Below, piece after piece: positions 45,304 to 53,336 of a stretch of DNA of 53,396 nt. Position 1 is the first letter of the stretch. Each line of letters opens with the position of its first letter. Below the pieces are notes generated by a model. It worked only from the letters and a program-made list of their open reading frames with translations. It was not told where the DNA came from and ran no database searches. Both the position numbers and the translations under genes were made by a program. Where the stretch lies: assembly GCA_964580765.1 (NCBI GenBank), contig CAZOKW010000003.1, forward strand, positions 1 to 53,396, in the 5' to 3' direction. The DNA is from an uncultured Candidatus Saccharibacteria bacterium. GTDB lineage: Bacteria; Patescibacteriota; Minisyncoccia; 2-02-FULL-40-12; IGHO2-12-FULL-4.

Positions 45304-46739
45304 TGAAAATCTACAACACTCTAACCAAACAAAAAGAAGAGTTCATTCCGCGAGAAGGCAAAAAAATTAAAATGTTTGTCTGCGGACCGACCGTTTATGA
45401 TTACATCCACATCGGCAACGCCCGCTCGTTTGTTTTTTTTGATGTGGTGGCTAAATACCTCCGCCACAGCGGATACGAGGTGGAATACATCCAAAATATC
45501 ACGGATATTGATAACAAGATTATTGAGCGCGCCCAAGAAGAAAACATCAATCCGTTGGAATATGCCAAGAAATACAGCGAAATTTTCCAAGAAGATATGC
45601 GGTCTTTGGGAGTTACTTCTCCGGAATATAAAAACGCCACTGACCATATTCCGGAAGTTATAAAACAGGTCCAAACTTTGCTGGACAAAGGCAACGCCTA
45701 TATAATTGATAACGACCCCGAACCACAACAAGTTGGCTACGGGGCAGGCGGTATATATTTTGATTTATCAACTTTCCCCGACTATGGAAAACTTTCCGGC
45801 CGAACTGCCAAGATGGCCGACGACGCCGTCAGCCGGATAGATGAAAATGACCAAAAAAGAAATAAAGGTGACTTTTGCTTATGGAAAATATCCAAACCTG
45901 GAGAACCATCCTGGGAAACTGAACTTGGGAAAGGCAGACCGGGATGGCATATCGAAGACACCGCCATTACCGAAAAATATTTCGGTCCGCAATATGACCT
46001 GCACGGCGGAGGGCAGGATTTAATCTTCCCCCACCACGAAGCGGAAATCGCTCAACAAGAATCCGCCTCCGGCCTAAAACCTTTTGTAAAATACTGGATG
46101 CACAGCGGATTTCTGGTTAATAAAGAAAAAAAAATGTCCAAGTCGTTGGGAAATTTTTTGACTCTGAACGAAGCCCTAAAAAATTATTCCCCTGAAACCC
46201 TCCGCTTTTATTTCCTAAGTGCCCACTACCGCTCCCCGCTTGATTTCAGCGAAGAAATTCTCAAACAAGCCGAAGCGGCGGTAGCTAGGCTCGGAGAATT
46301 TAAATATAAAATAAAAATCATAGCCGAAACAGAAGAGAAAGGTGGAATTATTTCGGATGATACTTTCAATAAATTTTTCAACGATTTAACAAAAAACTTT
46401 CAAGAAGGAATGAACGATGATTTCAATACACCCAAAGCTTTGGCTAGTTTATTTCAAGCTGTTAAGAACTGGCATCTTATTTCAAGCGGCGGGGTTATAT
46501 CAAAAGACAGAGCCAAGGAAATAATAACCATTCTTGCAGAAATAAACCAAATTCTTGGAGTAATCCCAGAGAAAGTTATTAAAATCAGCAAAAAGATGGA
46601 GAACTTAATCGAAGAAAGAGAAAAAGCCCGGGAAACAAAGGACTTCGCCGTCGCCGACCAACTCCGTTCCCAAATTGAATCTCTCGGCTATCAAATCGAC
46701 GACACGATTTATGGGCCTTTGGTGAAGAAAAAGGGATAA
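45300..46739 (+). CDS. cysS: cysteinyl-tRNA synthetase
   Basis: CGPTVYDYIHIGNAR (HIGN) and KMSKSLGN (KMSKS) motifs. Confidence 0.9.
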   Translation: MMKIYNTLTKQKEEFIPREGKKIKMFVCGPTVYDYIHIGNARSFVFFDVVAKYLRHSGYEVEYIQNITDIDNKIIERAQEENINPLEYAKKYSEIFQEDMRSLGVTSPEYKNATDHIPEVIKQVQTLLDKGNAYIIDNDPEPQQVGYGAGGIYFDLSTFPDYGKLSGRTAKMADDAVSRIDENDQKRNKGDFCLWKISKPGEPSWETELGKGRPGWHIEDTAITEKYFGPQYDLHGGGQDLIFPHHEAEIAQQESASGLKPFVKYWMHSGFLVNKEKKMSKSLGNFLTLNEALKNYSPETLRFYFLSAHYRSPLDFSEEILKQAEAAVARLGEFKYKIKIIAETEEKGGIISDDTFNKFFNDLTKNFQEGMNDDFNTPKALASLFQAVKNWHLISSGGVISKDRAKEIITILAEINQILGVIPEKVIKISKKMENLIEEREKARETKDFAVADQLRSQIESLGYQIDDTIYGPLVKKKG

Positions 46740-46751
46740 AAAAGCCCAGGA

Positions 46752-46782
46752 GGTCATGAGTGAAATGTTTCACCTCACGACC
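46752..46782. terminator. hairpin between the convergent cysS and flotillin genes
   Basis: ggtcatgagtgaaatgtttcacctcacgacc, about a 14-bp stem with one mismatch. Confidence 0.4.
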
Positions 46783-46802
46783 CCCATGGGTTAGGACTAC
46801 GA

Positions 46803-48812
46803 CTAGGTGTCTGTGGAAACAACAACCTCGCCGTTAGTTGGTTGCCCCGGAATCACGGCAGGAACCGTGGACTCTGGAATTGAAGCCGGCTTCATGTGTT
46901 TCAGAAAGCCGAACATCCCAGCACTGATGGCCGCCATTGGATCTGTTCCGCCGGCTCCACCTTGAACAAGAATGTCGGGAACGAATCGTGTCGCACTTCT
47001 TACGAGCGCGTTCACAACGTTCACTATCGCCGTCCCTTCGGCACCAAGAGCAGCAACCTGCTCCTTGTATCCCAGGGCCTGAGCTAGACCAGTGGCCTCG
47101 ATTTCGACGGCCTTGGCACGGCCGACCTCTCTGAGATAAGTGGCTTCGCCCCTGGCCGTCTCAACCCTGGCATTGGCCTTATTCTTTTCGATTGTGATCT
47201 CGACCTCTGAAGTGGCCAGATCTTTCTGCTTGTCGGCGAGACCCGTCGCTTTCTCCATATCAAGACGCTTTTCCTGAGATTCCTTCTGCTTTTCGAAGGT
47301 CTTGATCTCCTGATTTGCAATCTCACGTTCCTGGAGAACAACGACGATATCCGGAGGGAGGACGACATCCTGAATGTAGACACCGCGCGTCTCCACATTG
47401 TATTTTTGAATCTGCTCAGCAATGTACGCCTGAGCCGTTACCTGAACTTCAGCACGCTTCTCGATGAAATCGATTGCTCCCATGCCCTGGAGCTGGTCGC
47501 GGAAGTAGTTGCCGACGACCGCCTGCAGAACTTCGTTGACAAGGTTCTGCATTGTGCCAACCATGGAGATGACTTTGGGAGCCATCTTGTCGGCCACATG
47601 GATCTGAACCTGAAGGTCGATCTTGAAGACGAACCCTTCCTTCGATTTGGCTTCAATCTGGCTCAAACCCTTGTCCAGGTTATGTGCCTGGGAAGTGGCC
47701 GCAGCCCAATTGAGAGTCAAGATCGCCGTAGGAACGACCTCCGCAGAGTAGATCCGCGGATTGATGGCGTACTTGCCTGTGCGCAAAGGTTCCTGCCAGA
47801 TACCGCGATGACCCGGCTTAACGATCGAACCAAATTTGAACTCTGCGCCGGATGTGTCCTCGGTGGGCAGACCGACCGCGGCCTTGATAACCGCCACTTC
47901 GCCCTGCTTCACGACGAGCATCGGCACGGTCTCTACCCTAACGAGGTAAGGATTGACTGTGTACGCGCCGTAGAGAAGCGGGTCGTGCTGAAGACCGATC
48001 TTGCCGCCGTTGTCCAGAAAGGCCTGGAAGTCCTGGTAGTTGTTGTGGAGGTTGTTCTTATTACCGATGAGCACATCGGCAATATCCGAATCGCTCTTGT
48101 GCTCATCCTCCATCTTTTTTACATCATCAAAACGGCCAAGACGCCCGGCCATATCACCAGATGCGAGTGGGTCACCCTCGTTGGTGGTCACAATCCCCAC
48201 CATATCGATGGTCTTTCCGTCATCGCGTCTCGGCTCAATCAATGTCAGCTTCAGGTCTTCCGACTTGACACCAAAGTGTTCGGGACCGAACCTCCCATCA
48301 CGATATTGCTCGTTCACAGGCAACCCGAATTGCTTGCTTTTGGTCATGACGAGAAATGCGATGGGGTGAAGAGGCAGAAGTGCACCAGGAGGTAGCACGG
48401 GACGCTGAACGCCCTGCTGACCACCGTTTTCGAGAAATATCCGTAGGTCGGTGAATTGACCAAATTCAGATTTGTAGATGGCGGACTTGGCCCCTGTCGG
48501 TAACGGGCCGCCAATCTGCGACACAACGAGGCCAATCTCTCCCGGGGGAATCTGTACCCAAGGATGCCTTTCTACTTTGTAAAGGGGCCAAAGTTTGAAC
48601 GGAATGCCTGACATGAGCAGGTCGGCTTGGTAGCCGGACTCGCCGGTCAGGGAAATAGGCCCCGAGGATGTCTTCGTCTTGCCAAAACGCTTGGTAACAA
48701 GACCGACCTGGTCGGGGCCTATCTTGTGAAATGACATTGCAACGGTAAAAATGACCGCCACTGCCACCACAAGAAATGGTGAGTACCAAATCCACGAAAT
48801 CAAAGTTTCCAT
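46803..48812 (-). CDS. flotillin/SPFH-domain protein with EA-repeat coiled-coil; GC-rich (about 60%) gene
   Basis: N-terminal TM helix, SPFH domain, long E/A/Q-rich coiled-coil (EVQVTAQAYIAEQIQKYN...). A 60-nt sample at 47041-47100 is 62% GC against about 40% for the window. Confidence 0.75.
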   Translation of the reverse strand: METLISWIWYSPFLVVAVAVIFTVAMSFHKIGPDQVGLVTKRFGKTKTSSGPISLTGESGYQADLLMSGIPFKLWPLYKVERHPWVQIPPGEIGLVVSQIGGPLPTGAKSAIYKSEFGQFTDLRIFLENGGQQGVQRPVLPPGALLPLHPIAFLVMTKSKQFGLPVNEQYRDGRFGPEHFGVKSEDLKLTLIEPRRDDGKTIDMVGIVTTNEGDPLASGDMAGRLGRFDDVKKMEDEHKSDSDIADVLIGNKNNLHNNYQDFQAFLDNGGKIGLQHDPLLYGAYTVNPYLVRVETVPMLVVKQGEVAVIKAAVGLPTEDTSGAEFKFGSIVKPGHRGIWQEPLRTGKYAINPRIYSAEVVPTAILTLNWAAATSQAHNLDKGLSQIEAKSKEGFVFKIDLQVQIHVADKMAPKVISMVGTMQNLVNEVLQAVVGNYFRDQLQGMGAIDFIEKRAEVQVTAQAYIAEQIQKYNVETRGVYIQDVVLPPDIVVVLQEREIANQEIKTFEKQKESQEKRLDMEKATGLADKQKDLATSEVEITIEKNKANARVETARGEATYLREVGRAKAVEIEATGLAQALGYKEQVAALGAEGTAIVNVVNALVRSATRFVPDILVQGGAGGTDPMAAISAGMFGFLKHMKPASIPESTVPAVIPGQPTNGEVVVSTDT

Positions 48813-48887
48813 ACACTTCTCTTTCTACTATTTAAGGCATAGCTGCCATTTGAATTGTTTACGAACTAGGACCAATTGATGTTGAAT

Positions 48888-48918
48888 AGTATACTATATT
48901 ACTAATAAACTTGTCAAG
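48888..48918 (-). promoter_or_regulatory. sigma70-like promoter TTGACA-N19-TATACT for the flotillin gene
   Basis: Minus strand reads ttgacaagtttattagtaatatagtatact, about 75 nt upstream of the start at 48812. Confidence 0.4.
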
Positions 48919-48961
48919 ACCAGGTAGAAAATCGTCATTACTCCACATCTTATCCCCTTTT

Positions 48962-48985
48962 AAATTCCGTTGTGCGGAATTTTTT
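48962..48985 (+). terminator. rho-independent terminator-like hairpin
   Basis: aattccgttgtgcggaatt followed by ttttt. Confidence 0.4.
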
Positions 48986-49032
48986 ATTATAATGAGGCGA
49001 CCCATTAGAGTGCTTAAAGAATTTCAAGCGCA

Positions 49033-49291
49033 GTCCCACCCACCTTCTTTTCAAATATGAGCTCGCCGGCATAAATAAACGAAGATTTCTGAAATCAAGC
49101 CGGTAATAAAAATTGGGTCCGATGGTTTCGAGGGGTACTGAATTTTTGTCGGCTTGATGCGGTTAAAGTGAATTGTTTCACTTTAACCCCGAATTTTAGT
49201 CCGAGCTCCTGCGAGGACGTTAGGAAATTCGGAAAACCTTTTTATTGGCACGGCGAGTGATTCTTGAAAAGAGGTGGGTGGGGACGGAGCG
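49033..49291 (+). ncRNA. candidate structured element SE, copy 3 (divergent, with an extra internal hairpin), upstream of dnaB
   Basis: Shares ttcaaatatg, gccgg, ggtccga...gaggggtactgaatttt.gtcggc, gcgagga and cttgaaaagagg with copies 1 and 2. The 5' end gtcccacccaccttcttttcaa pairs with the 3' end cttgaaaagaggtgggtggggac. The inserted perfect hairpin is gttaaagtga/tcactttaac. Confidence 0.4.
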
Positions 49292-49318
49292 ATTTAGTTT
49301 CAATACTATCCAAACAAC

Positions 49319-50683
49319 ATGCCACAAAAGACCTCACAAATTTTTAATAACAGCCAGCTACCTCCGCAGAACATTGAAGCCGAGAAATCCACTCTCGGAG
49401 CTATTTTGTTGGATAAAGAAGCCCTCAACCAAGTGGTTGACTTTCTCCGTCCGGAAGATTTCTATAATCGCGCCCACCAGTTGATTTTCGGCGGCATGGC
49501 CGCGCTTTTCGAAAAAAGAGAGCCGATTGACCTTTTAAGTTTATCCAACAAACTGGACGAAATGGGGCAGTTAGAAGCCATCGGGGGAACCGGCTATCTC
49601 ACCTCGCTAATCAATACCGTTCCGAGTTCCTCTCACATCCTTCACTACGCCAAAATAGTGGAAAGAAAAAAGATTCTGCGGGACTTGATTGACTCGGCCC
49701 ATCACATTATCGGCCTAAGCAATCAAGAGGAAGAAGAAATTGATATTATTTTAGACCAGGCCGAACAAAAGTTATTTTCCATTTCCCAAAAATCAACCCC
49801 CTCAACTTTTGCCCACATCGGCGGCCCGATCATCAAAGAGGCCTTTGAACGCATTGATCGCCTGCACAAAGGCGACGGCAAACTACGCGGACATTCTACC
49901 GGTTTTTACGATCTGGATGGCTATTTGGGCGGCCTGCAAAAGTCCGACTTAATCGTTTTAGCCGCTCGTCCCTCTTTGGGTAAAACCAGTTTGGCTTTAG
50001 ATATTGCCAAACATGTTGCCCAGCACGAAAAAGTACCGGTTGGCATTTTCAGCATAGAAATGGCCAAAGAACAGATCGTGGACCGTTTGATCTGCGCCGA
50101 AGCCAACATCAATTTATGGAAACTGCGCACCGGCCGTTTGTCTTCGGAGGGAGACGGTAATGATTTTGAAAAAGTGGCCGTCGCCCTGGACCGCCTCGCT
50201 CAAGCCCCCATTTTCATTGATGATGTCCCCTCGCCCACTATTTTACAGATGCGCACCATGGCCCGCCGTTTACAAGCCGAACACGGTCTGGGTTTGCTGG
50301 TGGTTGATTACTTGCAGCTCATCCGGCCCACCAGAGCATCCGACAGCGAGGTCCAACAGGTGACGGAAATTTCCCGCAATCTTAAAGCCCTGGCCAAAGA
50401 GTTGAATATACCCATTCTGGCCGTTTCCCAGCTTTCCCGTAATTCCGAAATGCGCACTGACCAGCGGCCGAAGTTATCTGACCTGCGTTCTTCCGGCAGT
50501 ATTGAACAGGACGCCGATGTGGTGCTCTTGATCTACCGCGAGGATAAAGTTAAAAAAGATACCGAAAAAAAAGGGATTGCCGAAATTATGATTGAAAAAC
50601 ATCGCAACGGCCCTACCGGTAAAGTAGAGTTGTTTTTCGACGAAGAGAGCGTCTCGTTTAAAAATCTGGCTAAAGGGATATAA
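49319..50683 (+). CDS. dnaB: replicative DNA helicase
   Basis: N-terminal NIEAEKSTLGAILLD, Walker A AARPSLGKTSLALDIA, and the RecA-like C-terminal domain. Confidence 0.9.
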   Translation: MPQKTSQIFNNSQLPPQNIEAEKSTLGAILLDKEALNQVVDFLRPEDFYNRAHQLIFGGMAALFEKREPIDLLSLSNKLDEMGQLEAIGGTGYLTSLINTVPSSSHILHYAKIVERKKILRDLIDSAHHIIGLSNQEEEEIDIILDQAEQKLFSISQKSTPSTFAHIGGPIIKEAFERIDRLHKGDGKLRGHSTGFYDLDGYLGGLQKSDLIVLAARPSLGKTSLALDIAKHVAQHEKVPVGIFSIEMAKEQIVDRLICAEANINLWKLRTGRLSSEGDGNDFEKVAVALDRLAQAPIFIDDVPSPTILQMRTMARRLQAEHGLGLLVVDYLQLIRPTRASDSEVQQVTEISRNLKALAKELNIPILAVSQLSRNSEMRTDQRPKLSDLRSSGSIEQDADVVLLIYREDKVKKDTEKKGIAEIMIEKHRNGPTGKVELFFDEESVSFKNLAKGI

Positions 50684-50688
50684 GTTTC

Positions 50689-50839
50689 GCAGATACTGCC
50701 CTCTTCAGTACGCTCACTCCGCCAGCGTCTCCGTTCGCTCGCGGCGTCTGGGGATTTTGTCCGAATTGAAAGAGATTAATTATAATTCGTCCAAACCATG
50801 CAATCCCCATCCTTAGCGACTTCAGAGGGCAGTATCTGC
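50689..50839. mobile_element. family-4 palindromic element (TIR gcagatactgccctcttcag / cttcagagggcagtatctgc) in the dnaB-recR spacer
   Basis: 16-20-bp terminal inverted repeats. Core ggattttgtccgaattga...ttcgtccaaaccatgcaatcc is shared with 13788-13928. Confidence 0.6.
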
Positions 50840-50855
50840 TACGCTATAAATAACT

Positions 50856-51467
50856 ATGTCATCCAAATTTAAAAAGGCCGTCGAATATATCGCCAAACTG
50901 CAAGGCATCGGGCCGCGGCAAGCCACCCGCATCGCTCTGGCGGTTTTGAACTGGCCCAAAGAGGAAATCGCCAGATTTTCCGAAGTAATCTTTAACCTTT
51001 CCGAAGGAGTGAGCCTTTGCCAAGAATGCTTCAACTTCAGTGAGGACAAAACCTGCCGTCTCTGCTCCGATCCCAAAAGAGAACATGGTAAAATCTGCGT
51101 GGTGGAGAAAATCACCGACTTGGAAGCCATTGAAAAAACTGGCTTGTATCGGGGAGTTTACCATGTCTTGGGTGGAGCGATTAATCCTTTGGAAGGTTCT
51201 TTGCCGCAAAATTTGAAAATCAAAGAGTTGGAAAACAGAATTAAAAATCGGCTAGCCGACTACACCAACGGCTCTAAAGAGGAGTTGGAAATTATTATCG
51301 CCACCAATCCCCAGACCACCGGAGAAACTACGGCTTTGTACTTGGAAGAAGTTTTGAAGCCAATAGGGATAAAAATAACCCGCCTGGCCAAAGGTCTGGC
51401 CAGCGGGTCCACTCTAGAATACGCCGATGCGGCTACTCTGCATCATGCTTTTAAGAACCGGAAGTAA
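50856..51467 (+). CDS. recR: recombination protein RecR
   Basis: LQGIGPRQATRIA HhH, C4 zinc finger CQECFNFSEDKTCRLC, Toprim domain. Confidence 0.9.
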   Translation: MSSKFKKAVEYIAKLQGIGPRQATRIALAVLNWPKEEIARFSEVIFNLSEGVSLCQECFNFSEDKTCRLCSDPKREHGKICVVEKITDLEAIEKTGLYRGVYHVLGGAINPLEGSLPQNLKIKELENRIKNRLADYTNGSKEELEIIIATNPQTTGETTALYLEEVLKPIGIKITRLAKGLASGSTLEYADAATLHHAFKNRK

Positions 51468-51564
51468 TAGCTATATCCCCATTTGCCTCTTTTCAAGATT
51501 CCCTCGAGAGTAAATCCTAGTTTGATTTCGTCATAAAGCCTTATAAAAATCAGGTACCTGGAGG

Positions 51565-51727
51565 GCTTACTGATATTACACTCCTTCGGGACGCTGTGAG
51601 CTTGTGGATTGCTCGGTTGGTTGGAGTATAATTTTCTTACTCCAGCCAAATCCACAGGCGAACGGCGAGTGGGGGCCGCTCGCTGGAAAGCGGCATAACG
51701 ACCCGAGGGAGTGTAATATCAGTAAGC
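51565..51727. ncRNA. candidate structured ncRNA or MITE with a 26-bp closing stem
   Basis: gcttactgatattacactccttcggg pairs with cccgagggagtgtaatatcagtaagc (one U-G). Internal stems gcttgtggatt/aatccacaggc, ttggagta/tactccag and gcgag/ctcgc, plus cgctGGAAagcg. It lies in the convergent recR/rplU spacer. Confidence 0.35.
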
Positions 51728-51745
51728 TCAATTAAAAATCACCCT

Positions 51746-52066
51746 TTAAACGGTGATTTTTAGTATTTCTACTTTAGTTTCTGGCTGGCGATGGCCCTTC
51801 TTCTTTTTGTATCTGGTTTTAGAGTGGTACTTAAAAACAATCTTTTTATCGGCTCTCTGATGAGCTAATACTTTAGCCCTGACTTTGGCTCCTTCCACTA
51901 AGGGCTGGCCAATTTGGGCATTTTCCGGCGAAGCATTCCCCACTAGTAAAACCTCCGCAAAATCAAACTCCTCCCCCTCTGGAGTAGTTATTTTTTCAAT
52001 CAAAAGCTTGTCCCCCTCCGAGACCCTGTACTGTTTGCCCCCTGTTTTAATAACGGCAAAAGACAT
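51746..52066 (-). CDS. rplU: 50S ribosomal protein L21
   Basis: MSFAVIKTGGKQYRVSEGDKLLIEKI. Confidence 0.85.
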   Translation of the reverse strand: MSFAVIKTGGKQYRVSEGDKLLIEKITTPEGEEFDFAEVLLVGNASPENAQIGQPLVEGAKVRAKVLAHQRADKKIVFKYHSKTRYKKKKGHRQPETKVEILKITV

Positions 52067-52117
52067 GATTTAGAGATGATATCAAAATAAATGGAAAATG
52101 TCCAATTTCTAAGACGC

Positions 52118-52181
52118 AAAAAAAAAGACCCCCGAACGAAGTTGCGAGGGCACACAGCGTGCCTCTACTTCGTACGGGGTC
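52118..52181 (-). terminator. rho-independent terminator after the Clp-D2-like gene
   Basis: Minus strand reads gaccccgtacgaagtagaggcacgctgtgtgccctcgcaacttcgttcggggg followed by tctttttttttgcg. Confidence 0.6.
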
Positions 52182-52198
52182 AATCACGGAAACGGTCG

Positions 52199-53314
52199 CT
52201 ATCTCCCTGGTGCCGCAGAAAAGGTCTGCGACTCCTGTTCCTTCGAGAAAGTGAGCTTATCGCTCGACGGAGCCAGGTCGATCTTGATCACATCACCCAG
52301 GCCGATCTGACCTGTCGCGATCAGATTCGACAACGGATAGACGAAGTGCCGTTCGATGGCGCGTTTTAAATGACGCGCACCATACTTCAGGTCGGTACCT
52401 TCGCGAAGGAGAAATTCTTTCGCCTCAGCCATGCATCGGAAATAAAACCTAATGTCCAACGAAGACGCCATGATGCGGTTCTGAACTTCATTCAGCTCGA
52501 TGTCCAGCACCTGCCTCAGGTCTTGATGGTTGAGCGTTCGGAAAACAACTACCTTATCGAGTCTGTTCATGAACTCGGGCGAGAACTTGCGTTTCGCCAC
52601 CTCGAGAGCGGTATGGTACATCTTCCGGTCAATCGATTCGAGGTTCGATGCGTCGGTGCGCACACCGGAAGTAAAGCCGATTCCTCCGCTGAGCATTTCG
52701 CTCATCTCGACGGCTCCGAGATTCGAGGTCATGAACACAACGCATCGCGACAGATCGACTTTGCGATTATCGCCCAGCGTCAATGTCGCCTTATCGAGGA
52801 TGCCCAGCAGGAGCTGCCACAGGGCCTCGTTTGCCTTCTCGATCTCGTCAAACAGGACGAAGGTCATTCGGCAACGATCGGTTTGATGCTGGTCGATCGC
52901 CTCCTGCGTCAGCAAAGGCGGAGTCTCACGGTGTCCGAGATAGCCCGGAGGGGAGCCGATCAATTTTGCGATTTCGTGGCTGTGCTGGAATTCGGCACAG
53001 TCAAGTTTTACAAAAGCCCGGGGGCTGCCGAAGAGAATCTCTGCAGAGGCCTCTACCACTCTTGTTTTACCTGAACCCGTTGGACCCAGAAAAAGCAGGT
53101 TACCGATCGGACGGCCCGGTACCGCCATGCCGGCCAGATAGATTTGATACATGTTCACAATTCTGCGAACCGCTCGATCCTGGCCGACGATCTTGCCCGA
53201 AAGACGGCGTTCGAAGTCGAGAACTTCCGAACTTCTTATTTCAGGATCGAGGAGTACCTCTTTTTGCGTTTGGGGCTTCATAAGCCCTCCTTTCTTAGTT
53301 ATTTGGGGCTTCAT
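52199..53314 (-). CDS. stand-alone Hsp100 D2-like AAA+ ATPase (ClpB C-terminal module homologue); GC-rich gene
   Basis: VGQDRAVRRIVN, FLGPTGSGKT and LIGSPPGYLGH...VLFDEIEKA...VFMTSNLG match the ClpA/B D2 module. Visibly GC-rich by eye (not counted). Two tandem start sites. Confidence 0.7.
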   Translation of the reverse strand: MKPQITKKGGLMKPQTQKEVLLDPEIRSSEVLDFERRLSGKIVGQDRAVRRIVNMYQIYLAGMAVPGRPIGNLLFLGPTGSGKTRVVEASAEILFGSPRAFVKLDCAEFQHSHEIAKLIGSPPGYLGHRETPPLLTQEAIDQHQTDRCRMTFVLFDEIEKANEALWQLLLGILDKATLTLGDNRKVDLSRCVVFMTSNLGAVEMSEMLSGGIGFTSGVRTDASNLESIDRKMYHTALEVAKRKFSPEFMNRLDKVVVFRTLNHQDLRQVLDIELNEVQNRIMASSLDIRFYFRCMAEAKEFLLREGTDLKYGARHLKRAIERHFVYPLSNLIATGQIGLGDVIKIDLAPSSDKLTFSKEQESQTFSAAPGR

Positions 53315-53336
53315 AAGCCCTCCTTTCTTAGTTATT
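53271..53336. repeat. perfect 2 x 33-bp tandem duplication covering the RBS and start codon of the Clp-D2-like gene
   Basis: tggggcttcataagccctcctttcttagttatt occurs twice. On the minus strand each unit carries AAGGAGGG followed by ATG, giving in-frame starts at 53314 and 53281. Confidence 0.8.

Noticed and set aside
47406-48395. 329-aa plus-strand ORF, and other long antisense ORFs (46896-47134, 47084-47422, 48040-48369), overlapping the flotillin gene
   Set aside because: They lie antisense to a well-supported flotillin CDS in a GC-rich segment where stop codons are rare. The translations are low-complexity and Arg-rich with no motifs. They are treated as spurious.
49245-49484. 79-aa ORF overlapping the structured element and the dnaB start
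   Set aside because: It overlaps the conserved DnaB N-terminus in another frame and begins inside the repeated SE element.
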